Of a stretch of DNA of 64,000 bases, positions 37,805-50,210 are shown one piece after another. The stretch is from Mobula hypostoma (taxonomy: Eukaryota): the NCBI RefSeq assembly GCF_963921235.1, contig NC_086097.1, positions 231,138,001 through 231,202,000 on the forward strand. Direction: 5' to 3'. The notes under the pieces are model-generated. The model worked only from the letters and a program-made list of their open reading frames with translations. It ran no database searches and had not been told where the DNA came from. Made by a program: the position numbers and the translations under genes. How positions within the stretch are numbered: position 1 is the stretch's first letter; each line of letters begins with the position of its first letter.

Positions 37805-37937
37805 CTTGTGTATTAGAAGCAACACTGTATGCATTCCTCATTCCGACCATAGATTCAGCAGAACTCTGTTCACTGGGTTCAGCAGCCTGTTCTTCATTGG
37901 TGATAATCTCCAGGGTTCCAAATTCATTCATTTGAAA
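37805..37937 (-). CDS. L3MBTL4: L3MBTL-family gene, internal coding exon A (N-terminal motif FQMNEFGTLEIIT)
   Basis: Acceptor ttattag, 133 nt, donor AAG|gtaggg; phase 0 to 1. Reads FQMNEFGTLEIITNEEQAAEPSEQSSAESMVGMRNAYSVASNTQ, resembling FRVNEFGALEVIT of L3MBTL3 as recalled. Paralog choice among L3MBTL1/3/4 is tentative. Confidence 0.85.
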
Positions 37938-38499
37938 CTAATAACAACATTAATGATTTATTATCACTCAATGTAAAAGGAAAAGATCAGATTGCAAGCA
38001 GAAAAAAACAAGTACAATTATTAAAGCAACACAGTTCTCCGTAAATAAGAAATATTGGCACTAGTAAATCTAAACCAATTTATTGCACAAGAAATAGTTA
38101 ATGAAACAATACACGAGAACAGCAAACTTAACTCAAATGGAAATATATTCAATCAATTCTGCCTTCAGCAACTTCCAAGAAATGTTTCTTCTGACATGTA
38201 TTTACATATTGAATGAAAATGAAACTTGCAATTGTGTTCTGATATTTTGATTTCCATCAAAGTAACTGAGGAAGTGATCATAATTGTGCTAGGTTTTAAT
38301 ACAGTGATGGAGAAGAACAAAAGTACTAGAGCAATAAAGGTTCTAAATGGTGCTAAGACTAATATTACTGGACCATTAAGTGACCAAAAGGAAGCAGTTG
38401 CTTGAAGGTAAATAAATCCCAGAGCTCTAGGAGGCATTTAAGCAAAAAAAATCAAAGAGTTCAAGATAAACGTGCTTCCAAACAAGGAAGGGACTGCCA

Positions 38500-39330
38500 A
38501 ATCTGGAGGCCTCTCATGGCAAGGTGCACAGAGGGGAGGGTAAGGTGTAAAGGAAGCCTATGCAAGACAAATATTTTAGGACTATAATAAAATAAGATGA
38601 TATAAAGTGTAGGAGTGAAATTAAAAGAGAATTTAATGCAGGGGGTTTTAAAAAATGCCTGTGTCCACAATTACTTATAGTTGTAAAATCAAAAGGATAA
38701 CTAAAAGCCTACTAGGGAGCACAAATTTTAACCTACTTGTGGAGGCAAAGGACGTAGGTGAGGTCCTTGATGAATATCTTGCGCCTGTCTTCACAAAAAG
38801 GGGGATGGTGTCAATGTTGTCGTTGAGGAAGGTGAATGTGAAATATTCTGTGGACTCAGCAAAATAACAGTCATAGTGTTAAGGTGCTTAGAATCTTTTA
38901 AAGTGGATAAATCGCCAAGCCCAGAAGAAATATACTCTAGTCTGTTAAAAAGAAGCAAGTGAGAGAACTGCAGAGGCTCTGACAGCAATTTATCCTTGGC
39001 TAAAGCAATAGCGCCAGGGGATAGAGGGCTGCTAATGCTCATTATTATTTCGAAAGGGACGAAAGGATAAATTCTGTACAAGTTAGTTTAACTTTGACTT
39101 TGAGCAGATCGTTGGAATCAATGTTGAGGGATTGTACAAACCTTTATGATAAAAGGCAGAGATTATTCCATATCAGTCAGAATGGATTTGGAGAATGCAG
39201 ATTATGATGAAGCAACCTTTATGAGGTGGCAGGAAGCTGAGAGTAGTGCATTTGATTCATTCTGCAAGGATTTTTGTTATGCTCGTAAGAAGGTCGCACC
39301 TGGCAGTCTGCGGTAAAATGTCAAGGCACA
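38500..39330 (+). mobile_element. Old CR1 ORF2 fragment
   Basis: EVLDEYLAPVFT and KVDKSPSPE-like remnants; highly decayed, edges approximate. Confidence 0.55.
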
Positions 39331-40496
39331 TTCGAATGGAATATGAAAAATCAAATGTAAAAGAGGTGGCAATTATGAGAAGGAAAGGGGAACAGATGGC
39401 CATTCGTTGAGTACTATGTATGCACATTTATGCTCTCCACAATATAGAAAAGATGAGCTTGCACGGGAGAGGCTCCAGGATGCAGGAGACTATTGAAAAG
39501 ACTGGAAAGTTGTGGCTGAGGAGAGAATGGATAAGTGAGGAGGCTAAAGGGGGATTTAAATTGTGGTGTAGGAAATTAGAAGGTCAAAGAAAGAAGAGCT
39601 TCTTGAAAGGTTAGGAATGAAAAGCACAAGTAGGACATAGGTAGTGCTGGTAAGTCTAACAATTATTTTTATTGCCCTAATTTCCCTTGAATGTAATGGT
39701 TTGCTGGAGAACTTCACCATCAGTCACTGAAGTCACAAATCAGCCAGACCGAATAGGAGCAGTGAATTTCCTCCCCGAAACACATCCATGGTATGTGCAA
39801 CAATCCAGTTATTTTATTAGATTAGATTTTGAGGACACTCAGTCCTCGTTTATTGTCATTTAGAAATGCATGCATTAAAAAATGATACAGTATTTTATTA
39901 TAATCTAGTTCTGAGCTTCAGAATATTAACTGAAATTAAATTCCACAACTGGGACAGAGTGGTGGTCTCTGGCCTGTTTCAGTTTCTGGGTTACCAGACC
40001 AGTACCCTAACTGGTGTCAACAACAAACTCAAATAACATGGTGAGTTGGATTGTTTTATGAGGACTGGAGGAGATTAACGATTTATGGAGCAGGAAAACT
40101 GGAGAAAATTAAAAAGTAGGTCAACAAGTACAGAAATGATGGTAGACAAGATTTTGTGCAAGTTGGACTGCAAAGTTTTGAGGAATTCCCAATTTTACAG
40201 AGAGTAGAAAAAGGGAGGCCTATGTGCACAGTGTGGAAGTTTCTAATCTAGGGATAAAACAGATTTCTGCAGCTGCATTAACAGAGCCAAGAATGGAATT
40301 AGACAATATTGCAGAGGTGAGAATAGGCAAATCTGAGCAGAAATATAATACGAAGTTTTAAATATTTATATTATAATATAATCCAAGGATACGGTCCGGT
40401 CCAGTTCAGTATGCAGCCAGCAGAGCAGCGAAGAGAGGGGAAATTAAGTTGGAGGTCAGTGTCTATGTGTGGAAATGAATGATATGTTTCTAGATA

Positions 40497-41120
40497 GACC
40501 ATAAGATACAGAAGCAGAAGTAGGCCATTCGGCCCATTAAGTCTGCTCCGCCATTCAATCATGGGATGATCCAATCCTTCCGGTCATCCCCGCTCCCCTG
40601 CTTTCACCTCATACCCTTTTGATGCCCTGGCTAATCAAGAACCTATCTATCTCCGCCTTAAATACACCCAATGACTTGGCCTCCACAGTCGCTCGTGGCA
40701 ACAAATTCCACAGATTTTCCACCCTCTGAATTAAGTAATTTCTCCGCATCTCTGTTCTAAAAGGATGTCCTTCAATCCTGAAGTCGTGCCCTCTTGTCCT
40801 AGACTCTCCTACCATGGGAAATAACTTTGCCATATCTAATCTGTTCAGGCCTTTTAACATTCTGAATGTTTTTATGAGATCCCACCTCATTCTCCTGAAC
40901 TCCAGGGAATACAGCCCAAGAGCTGCCAGATGTTCCTCATACGGTAACCTTTTCATTTCTGGAATCATTCTCTTGAATCGTCTCTGAACCCTCTCCAATG
41001 TCAGTATATAAGGAGCCCAAAACTGCACACAATATACTCCGTGTGGTCTCACGAGTGCCTTATAGAGCCTCAACATCACATCCCTGCTCTTATATTCTGT
41101 ACCTCTAGAAATGAATGCAG
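40497..41120 (-). mobile_element. CR1 3' fragment
   Basis: LYKALVRPH...YCVQFWAP...LERVQRRF...NLWNLLP. Confidence 0.9.
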
Positions 41121-41819
41121 AGAAATGTTAAATGGACCAGTGATGGTTGGAGGCTTCCAAAATTAATGGTTTGGGTATATAAAGACAAAGTATTTAAAGC
41201 GATGATAATTTAGCACTATGATTGTCAACTGGCAATGCCAACTGTCCGGAACAGGTGGCCCAATACTGTTTCTCCGGCCTACAACAGGCTATCACCTGAA
41301 AAAGTTTTCCGTAACGGTGTAAAATATCCTGCCACACATTCTTAACAGTCCACCCATTTTTACAATGCTTCTAACAAGGTAAAACAGGAAAAGCTTTTGG
41401 CCCTGGCTCAAATTTGCAGGAATTATGACGTTCTTTGGGGGCGGGGGGGGGGGGACAGACAAACAGGGTCACGAGCGCAAGATGAACACCAGGTGCTTCG
41501 GATTCCTAGTTTAACTGTGATTTGCCATGCCTCACCAATGTTCCGTTGAAACAGACACACCAGGAAAATGAGAAGTGTCCCAAACCCTGAGGTAATTTTT
41601 TTTATATATTAAAAACTGCTTTCAAGCAAATAGGGTCACAAGTATCAACTTCTAGTTTATCATGGAACAGACACAACAGCTGCTTTGAGGTGCAGGCATT
41701 GACAAGATCTTGGCTTAATTTCTCTGTCAGTACACATCACCAGCAGGAAATCCCTGCTACCTGATTCAGATGCACCTAGCCCACCATGATGCAATACCCA
41801 AGTAGCCCAGTTTTCCAGA

Positions 41820-42797
41820 AGACCAGGAGATGTTGGAGCAGAATTTGGCTACTCAGCCTATCGCGTCTGCTCCACCATTCCATTATTACTGATTTATTAT
41901 CTCTCTCAATTCCATTCTCCTGCCTTCTCCCTATAAACTTTGACACCCTTATGAAGCAAGAACCTACCAGCCTTCGCTTTAAAAATATCATTGACTTGGC
42001 CTCCACAGCTGCCTGTGGCAGTAACTTCCACAGATTCACCACCCTCTGGCTAAAGAAATTCCTCCTCATCTCTGTTCTAAAGGGACGTCTTTCTATTCTG
42101 AGGTTGTGCCCTTGGTCCTAGACTTCCCCCCGCTATATGTCCACTCTATCTAGGCCTTTCAATATTCGACAGGTTTTCCCTCAATTTTCCCTCTCTATCA
42201 TTCTAGATATAATTTTCTCTTGTTTTCAGTTCATTTGCTTGCGGCTGTATACATTGTTGGGTTTCCAAATTTGAGGAAGGATATTCTTGCTATTGAGGGA
42301 GTGCAGCGGAGGCTCACGAGGTTAATTCCCAGGATGGCGGGACTGTCATATGTTGAAAGATTGGAGCGACTGGGCTTGTATACACTGGAAGTTAGAAAGA
42401 TGAGAGGGGATCTGATTAAAACATGTAAGATTATTAAGGGATTGGACACGCTAGAGGCAGGAAACATGTTCCCGATGTTGGGGGAGTCCAGAACCAGAGG
42501 CCACAATTTGAGAATAAGGGGTAGGCCATTTAGAACGGAGTTGAGGAAAAACTTTTTCACCCAGAGGGTTGTGGATCTGTGGAATGCTCTGCCTCAGAAG
42601 GCAGTGGAGGCCAATTCTCTGGATGCTTTCAAGAAAGAGTTAGATAGAGCTCTTAATGATAGCGGAGTCAAGGGATATGGGGAGAAGGCAGGAACGGGTA
42701 CTGATTGTGGATGATCAGCCATGATCACAGTGAATGGCGGTGCTGGCTCGAAGGGCCGAACGGCCTACTCCTGCACACATTGTCTATTGTCTATTAT
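41820..42797. mobile_element. Two divergently oriented CR1 3' fragments (41820-42170 minus; 42255-42797 plus)
   Basis: MRRNFFSQRVVNLW on minus; LRKDILAIEGVQRR...FFTQRVVDLWNALP on plus with a (tattgtc)n tail. Confidence 0.85.
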
Positions 42798-43462
42798 AGA
42801 ACACAAATCAAAGCCATTACAACAAACTATTAAACACTGGCACTATTTCTCTCATACACAAAGCTTTTAATGCTCAATATGTTTTTGTAATCAATAAAAC
42901 TACTCAAATACTGTGGTTTTTCAAAATATAATAATTCAAAGAGTACAGTTGAAAATACCAGTAACAAAATAAATATAATCCCCAATTACCAAACCTGACT
43001 ACATGGTATGGACTCTTTCTAGACTCTTTCTTAACACATACAGTATGGGCACAAAACTGACATTCAGCTCCTGAACTTGACTCAACATTATGAGGTTAAT
43101 GCTCATGCCTCTGGAGATGGCAGCCTTAAAGTATTTTTATAAAGCACTTGAGAAATGTCGCTGGGCAAATCGAACAATCAAAAAATACATCTGCACATAT
43201 AAAACTCATGGTAATGAGAGGTAACGGTTAAGAGCTTTCCAGAAACTGTGAAAACTAACAGGTAACATGTTGACGGTCAAACTTTTATTAGATGGAATAG
43301 CTGGAAGAATCTATTAAAATACACAAAGGAATGAAGTGTAAAATAATTCCTACAAAGCATTAACCATCATCTGAATCTCCACGTTTTAGAAAAGATGTGA
43401 GGGCTCTTATCGGAGTTGGAATGCAGAAATATTCTTCTATTATGTTATAATGAATGCTCCGG

Positions 43463-43770
43463 CCGGCCGGTGGTGTAGTGGCAGCAGCACAGGACTTCGA
43501 GGCGGATGTCCCCGAGTTCCAATCCAGCCGGGTCCCAGCCTGGACAGCAACAGTATCCACGCGGAAGAAAGACCTGGCAATCTATTTCCGTATCTTGCCT
43601 CGAAAACCCTATGGACAACCGCGCTATCCATTGTCAATTCCTGGCGACCCAACGACTCGACATCACTCACCAACAATAACAGCTTAAATCTTGCATCCGC
43701 AAGCGGGACTAAGAAAGAGATCAGATTCTGGAAAGGTGGGCAAGACACATCAGGGTGAGACACACTTTTA
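43463..43770 (+). mobile_element. tRNA-headed SINE
   Basis: gccggccggtggtgtagtggcagcagc...gagttccaatccagcc; same head as 3158-3370 and 62206-62470. Confidence 0.65.
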
Positions 43771-44392
43771 GTGTTGATGCAAGAGAAAATAAAGCTATTA
43801 ATCTTTGCTATATTTTAAAAGGGTAATTCTACACTAATCACATTAATTAAACCTGCCAAAGGTTGCATTAAAGATTTTGTTGCCTGGGGCCACATTAAAA
43901 TTGGCACTGAAGACTCAATAAGAGCTTCTGCAATCTACAAAAGAGCAACAAGTCTCACTTTACAGGGAACAATAATAAATCAAAGACACCAGTGAGCTGG
44001 ATGACAGGGACTGAGAAGCACAGGAGAATATTCAAGATCTACTAGTACTTCAGACAGTTTGTCTATCCATCATCAGTCCACAATGTCTCTCAGTAATCAG
44101 GTATTTGATATAATACCTTGAAAACGTCGCTGGTACTGTCACTGCACCAATATGTATCTCAGATGCTTGGCATGATTAACATTTCTAACAGCAAAACTGA
44201 ACGTTACAGCTATTGATGATGAGCTACGACACAGCTCATTCCATCGTTTTGAAATGAAAAAGATTGAAGACCGAATTCATAACATTTACACTTGTCACTG
44301 TATTCAATTTGGAATTCCTTCATAAAATATTTCTCATTGAAGATAATTACTCAGAAATTATTAATCTTGTAAAGAAAAACAATTACTTTGAG

Positions 44393-45746
44393 CAAACACA
44401 CATCAATGTTGCTGGTGAACGCAGCAGGCCAAGCAGCATCTGTAGGAAGAGGTGCAGTCGACGTTTCAGGCCGAGACCCTTCGTCAGGACTAACTGAAGG
44501 AAGAGTGAGTAAAGGATTTGAAAGTTGGAGGGGGAGGGGGAGATCCAAAATGATAGGAGAAGACAGGAGGGGGAGGAATAGAGCCAAGAGCTGGACAGGT
44601 GATAGGCAAAAGGGGTTACGAGAGGATCATGGGACAGGAGGTCCGGGAAGAAAGACAAGGGGGGGGGGGACCCAGAGGATGGGCAAGAGGTATATTCAGA
44701 GGGACAGAGGGAGAAAAAGGAGAGTGAGAGAAAGAATGTGTGCATAAAAGTAAGTAACAGATGGGGTACGAGGGGGAGGTGGGGCCTAGCGGAGGTTAGA
44801 AAAGTCGATGTTCATGCCATCAGGTTGGAGGCTACCCAGACGGAATATAAGGTGTTGTTCCTCCAACCTGAGTGTGGCTTCATCTTTACAGTAGAGGAGG
44901 CCGTGGATAGACATGTCAGAATGAGAATGGGATGTGGAATTAAAATGTGTGGCCACTGGGAGATCCTGCTTTCTCTGGCGGACAGAGCGTAGATGTTCAG
45001 CAAAGCGGTCTCCCAGGCTGCGTCGGGTCTCGCCAATATATAAAAGGCCACATCGGGAGCACCGGACGCAGTATATCACCCCAGTCGACTCACAGGTGAA
45101 GTGTTGCCTCACCTGGAAGGACTGTTTGGGGCCCTGAATGGTGGTAAGGGAGGAAGTGTAAGGGCATGTGTAGCACTTGTTCCGCTTACACGGATAAGTG
45201 CCAGGAGGGAGATCAGTGGGGAGGGATGGGGGGGACGAATGGACAAGGGAGTTGTGTAGGGAGCGATCCCTGCGGAATGCAGGGGGGGGGGAAGGGAAAG
45301 ATGTGCTTAGTGGTGGGACCCCGTTGGAGGTGGCGGAAGTTACGGAGAATAATATGTTGGACCCGGAGGCTGGTGGGGTGGTAGGTGAGGACCAGGGGAA
45401 CCATATTCCTAGCGGGGTGGCGGGAGGATGGAGTGAGAGCAGATGTACGTGAAATGGGGGAGATGCGTTTAAGAGCAGAGTTGATAGTGGAGGAAGGGAA
45501 GCCCCTTTCTTTAAAAAAGGAAGACATCTCCCTCGTCCTAGAATGAAAAGCCTCATCCTGAGAGCAGATGCGGCGGAGACGGAGGAATTGCGAGAAGGGG
45601 ATGGCGTTTTTGCAAGAGACAGGGTGAGAAGAGGAATAGTCCAGATAGTTGTGAGAGTCAGTAGGCTTATAGTAGACATCAGTGGATAAGCTGTCTCCAG
45701 AGACAGAGACAGAAAGATCTAGAAAGGGGAGGGAGGTGTCGGAAAT
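44393..45746 (-). mobile_element. Penelope-like element, 5'-truncated (RT C-terminus, GIY-YIG EN, terminal region)
   Basis: PCKRNKCYTC...FTCESTGVIYCVRCSRCGLLYIGETRR...RFAEH...HF...LEEQHLIFRLGSLQPDGMNIDF; FFKERGFP in a shifted frame. Confidence 0.92.
44456..44491 (-). ncRNA. Minimal hammerhead ribozyme motif (Penelope type)
   Basis: AGUC-CUGACGA-agggucucggccu-GAAAC-GUC-GACU: stem I AGUC/GACU, conserved core, short stem II, palindromic ACGU in place of stem III. Confidence 0.75.
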
Positions 45747-45749
45747 AAA

Positions 45750-46338
45750 TAATTGTTATACTGTATTGTTTAGGGAACAATGACAAGAAGAAATTTTATT
45801 TCCAACAAAAACGTTCAATAAAACATAAAAATATACAGCTTCAAACGAACCGAATCAAACACATGATAAATCACTTATTGGAATAAATGTAGAATGACAC
45901 CGTCACTGTCACTATAAAACTCCAGCAACTTGTCTTTCTGTTTATGTAAATCATATACAGTGGCAGTTCCGACACTATTTTCTTCAGTAAGACGCCGCAC
46001 AGACATACCACAATCAAACTTCTGCAATAACTCCACTTTCTACGTTATTGATAGAGAAGATTCCCTCTCTTTTTCTCATTGTTACCCATAGGGGTATCTG
46101 CAGCTCTTTTTGACATTTTCACAGTGAAATTAAACACAAAGTCAACAATGAACACAAAATATCAGTGAACAGCAAACGCACGTGTAACCGGTACGAGCGC
46201 TGAGCCACAACTGACATCTCGCAGCCTCTGCTAGCGCTGCCACGTCACACCTGAGTGACGTCAGCTGTTGGCAAAAAAAAACTTTGGTTTTCGGAGCTTT
46301 TCGGATTTCAGAATTTTGGATAAAGGAACGTGCACCTG
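45750..46338. mobile_element. Tc1/mariner (Tigger/pogo-like) non-autonomous fragment
   Basis: Ends ttttcggatttcagaattttggataaagg...cacctg|ta with short subterminal repeats; the partner TIR was not found. Confidence 0.45.
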
Positions 46339-46340
46339 TA

Positions 46341-46975
46341 GATGTTCTCAGTGGTGGTCAATTGGGTGTCGATAATCCGCTGGGCAGTTTTCACCACACG
46401 CTGGAGTGCTTTGCGGTCCGATACGGGACAATTGCCATACCACACTGAGATGCAGTTGGTGAGTATGTTCTCAATGGTACAGCAATAAAAGTCTGTCAGT
46501 ATCCTGGGACAGAGGTGAGCTTTCTTGATGCTCCGCAGGAAATAAAGGCGCTGTTGTGCCTTTTGATCAGGATGGAGGAGTTCAGGGACCAGGTGAGATC
46601 CTCGGAAATGTGGACACCAAGGAATCTGAAGATTGATATACGCTCCACTATAGCTCCGTTGATGTAGATGGGGACATGAGTGTGGCTCCCAGCATGCCTG
46701 GTCCACAATGATCTCCTTGGTCTTCTGGGTGTTAAGAGCCAGGTTGTTGTCGGCACACCATGCGGCCAGGTGCTGGACCTCGTCCCTGTAGGCTGTCTCG
46801 TCATCCCCTCTGATCAGATCAACCACCGAGGTGTCGTCTGCAAACTTGATTATGGAGTTAGAGCCATGTACAGGAACACAGTCATAGGTGAAAAGGGAGT
46901 ACAGAAGAGGGCTCAGCACACAACCTTGAGGCATGCCGGAGTTCAGGGTCAGAGGGCAGGAGGAGAGGTTGTCTA
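46341..46975 (-). mobile_element. Rex1/Babar-like RT fragment
   Basis: [17 protein letters not shown]...KFADDT...WCADNNLALNTQKTKE. Confidence 0.88.
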
Positions 46976-47688
46976 AACAATAGAATTTTAAGAACTTTTT
47001 AAATGGCACACCTACCTCAAGAAATTGTTCTATAATGAGGAGCGGGTTTCTATTTTCGATTTCTATCCTGTCTCTCACCTATTTTGCACAACCTGCAGGA
47101 GGACGAGACAGAGCTGGCAATTATAACAGCACTTGAGGGAGTCCCAAGGACTGAAACAATTTTACAATTTTGCCAGCTAACTATTTCAATGGGAATAATC
47201 TGGGGGTTTTGGGCCGAAGGATGAAGAGTGGGACGATCTCAACTGCTTGTTCATAGATTCAGAATGGACACAATGTGCTAAATGTCTACTTTTCTAATGC
47301 TTTGGTTATCCAACAGTAAAACCATGAAGTGTTTGATCTAATAATTGCCCATTTTGACTGACTTGCATGATTATCATCTCTACCAAAGGAGGTACAAGTT
47401 GCTCTTTCCCTCTGCTAGCTTGCAGGTCACCCTTCGGCAAGGTGTAGCACCTGCTTATCCCCCAGTCAGGGTCTTGTGAAGCCACGGGACCTGGTGGTGA
47501 ACGGTCGCCTATCACATGCTGGTTATGCAACCACTGACACCAAGGCAGACAATCTCTGAGGAGCATGGATCATGACTGCTGTCACCCGTTTTGTAAAGGC
47601 GCTGCCCGGAAGAAACTACTTCTGTAGAAAGCTCATGGTCATGGAAATAACACAAGCAAATTTCACACAGGCAGCATCAAAGGACAGG

Positions 47689-47899
47689 CAACACACATAA
47701 AAGTTGCTGGTGAACGCAGCAGGCCAGGCAGCATCTCTAGGAAGAGATGCAGTCGACGTTTCAGGCCGAGACCCTTCGTCAGGACTGAAACGTCGACTGC
47801 ACCTCTTCCTAGAGATGCTGCCTGGCCTGCTGCGTTCACCAGCAACTTTGATGTGTGTTGCTTGAATTTCCAGCATCTGCAGAATTTCTGTTGTTTGCG
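47689..47899. mobile_element. Fold-back Penelope mini-element with a hammerhead at the turn
   Basis: 76-bp arms 47689-47764 and 47785-47860 with 2 mismatches; TSD atcaaaggacagg at 47676-47688 and 47900-47912. Confidence 0.9.
47750..47787 (-). ncRNA. Minimal hammerhead ribozyme motif
   Basis: CAGUC-CUGACGA-agggucucggccu-GAAAC-GUC-GACUG, with a 5-bp stem I. Confidence 0.75.
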
Positions 47900-48102
47900 A
47901 TCAAAGGACAGGATTGAATTTGGTTCACTGGAGTTGTGGGGCAGTAGCTCCACCAGCTACACAGTGACTCCGCCTTAATGTGTTGATCACAAAGGCGGCA
48001 GAATGTGAAAAATGTACCACCTAAACATACAACCACAAGATATTAATTGTCTTGAGTCACTTAAACTTCATAGAAAATGTGAAGTCACCTCCAAATTAGA
48101 AA

Positions 48103-48282
48103 GGCCAGGCAGCATCTCTAGGAAGAGGTACAGTCGACGTTTCAGGCCGAGGCCCTTCGTCAGGTCTTGGCCTGAAACGTCAACTGTACCTCTTCCTAGA
48201 GATGCTGCCTGGCCTGCTGCGTTGACCAGCAACTTTGATGTGTGTGGCTTGAATTTCCAGCATCTGCAGAATTCCTGTTGTT
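48103..48282. mobile_element. Second fold-back Penelope mini-element
   Basis: Arms about 48103-48151 and 48166-48216; TSD tccaaattagaaa at 48090-48102 and 48283-48295. Confidence 0.88.
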
Positions 48283-48891
48283 TCCAAATTAGAAAAAAAG
48301 GTTCAATATAGCTTGTGCTATAGAAGAAAAACAGATTAAGCTGTGAAGTACTTACATAAAATTGTTTCTGATAGGTCCATTTTAGTTTCACTCATAGTGC
48401 AAAGTTCAATTTCACATCCAAAAAATTTGTGATTAAGTGTTAAATATAAAAGTACAATAAATAAAATGTTCGACCATAAACTATGAGAAGTTACCACAAG
48501 TATAGTATTTTAATTAAACAGGATAAGTCTTGGGAGTTACGTTTTTTATTATCTAATACAAGTATAAAATCAGATAATCAACTAACATTAAGTCTTGAGT
48601 AGACAGAATGTTCAACTTAAAGAATCATCTTCTAACCATGCTCCATCTATTGTTCCTCGTTTTATAAAATATATAAGCTTCTCTTAACCTCTATTGCTAC
48701 CAAAAACCCTTGTGCACATACCTCATGGGGGAAAAAATCCTCTTCCCTAGTACAACTAATAAATGAATGCTGAAAGGTTAAAGATTAAATTCTCAATGAA
48801 GACTTGAGCACATAAATTAGGCCAATAATTCAGGGCTATCATAAGTGATTGCTACACTTATGAAGAAGCTCTCCTTCAGGAGGTGCAAATC

Positions 48892-48969
48892 GGTACAGGG
48901 GTTTTTATAGAATATGACGAATAAACAGGAATAGGATACTAGGATGGTCAAAGATGGGAGGGTGAAGTG

Positions 48970-49017
<48 letters not shown>

Positions 49018-49142
49018 TGTGTGAGATTGGGTGAAGGGATTTAGAATGTATGTCTAGTGCACATTCTGGAGCAGAGGGTGGCGGTAATGCACCATTAACC
49101 TGGATGCCAACCGCCGTAAAACAAGATACAGACAGACAGACA
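48892..49142 (+). mobile_element. Non-LTR 3' end (Nimb/I-clade-like) containing a (GT)n microsatellite
   Basis: TSD gaggtgcaaatc at 48880-48891 and 49143-49154; ggtggcggtaatgcacc...aaccgcc stem; (caga)n tail. Clade assignment is from memory. Confidence 0.55.
48973..49015 (+). repeat. (GT)n microsatellite, about 21 units
   Basis: Directly visible. Confidence 0.97.
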
Positions 49143-49329
49143 GAGGTGCAAATCAAAGTCTAATATGCTCAGATTTGAGTTGCCTACCAACAGACTGCCT
49201 GGAATATCCAAGATAGGAGACCAATCCTTTGAGCATAGCTGAAAGAAACTGGGATAACTAAGAGCAAGGTTCCCACTTTGGATTTCAGGATTATATAGTA
49301 AAAATTAGTGGGAAGGAAAGCTTTTAAAA

Positions 49330-50210
49330 AACAACAGAAAGCAACGAAAAAGCCATAAGGAGAGAAAAGATGAAGTATGAAAGTAAGCTAGGCAATAATA
49401 TAACAAAGGATACCAAAAGTTTTTTCAGATTATATATATGTGTGTACGTGAGAGATGAGAATAGATATCAGACCAGAAAATTATGCTGGAGAGTTAGTGA
49501 TGAGGGACAAAGAAGTGGCAGATGAACTGAAGTCTTTTGCACTAATCTTCACTACAGAAGAAACGGGAGAGTGCCAGGAGGCAGAAGTGGGCGTAGTTGC
49601 TGAGGAGAAGGTGCTTGGGAAGCTGAAAGGTCTGAAGGTAGTTAAGTGACCTGGGCCAGATGGACTTCACCCCAGAGTTCTGAAAGAGGCAACTGAAGAA
49701 ATTGTTGGAGATAAGTAATGATCTTCCAAGAGTTTCTGGCATGGTTCTGGTGGACTGAAAAATTGCAAATATCACTCCACTCTTTGAGGGAGGCAGAAGG
49801 AAGGAAATTATAAGCCCGTTAGCCTGATTTCAGTGGTTGGAAAGATGTTGAAATCCATTACTAAGGATGAGGTTTCTAGGCCCATCTGGAGTGGATGTGG
49901 ACCGGATGTTTCCTGTAAAGGGCAAGCTTAGGATCAGAAGGCACAATCTTAGAATAGAGGACTATCCATTTAGAACAGAGATGAGGAGGAGTTTCTTTAG
50001 CCAGAAGTGTGAATCTGTGGAATTCATTGCCAAGGATGTTTGTGGAGGCCATGCCATTGAGTATATTTAAAGCAGAGATTGATAGATTCTTGATCAATCA
50101 GGGCATCAAAGATTATGGAGAGAAGGCAGGGGAATGGGGTTGAGAGGAATGATAAATCAGCCATGATGGAATGGCAGAGCAGGCCCAAAAGGCCTAGTTC
50201 TGCTCCTTAA
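49330..50210 (+). mobile_element. CR1 fragment with the RT core deleted
   Basis: GPDGLHPRVLKE...GNYKPVSLISVVGK joined at about 49880 to VDRMFP...FRTEMRR and the 3' tail. Confidence 0.8.

Noticed and set aside
47676..48295. CRISPR-like or bacterial repeat array
   Set aside because: There is no repeat-spacer periodicity and no cas genes; the sequence is Penelope terminal DNA with TSDs.
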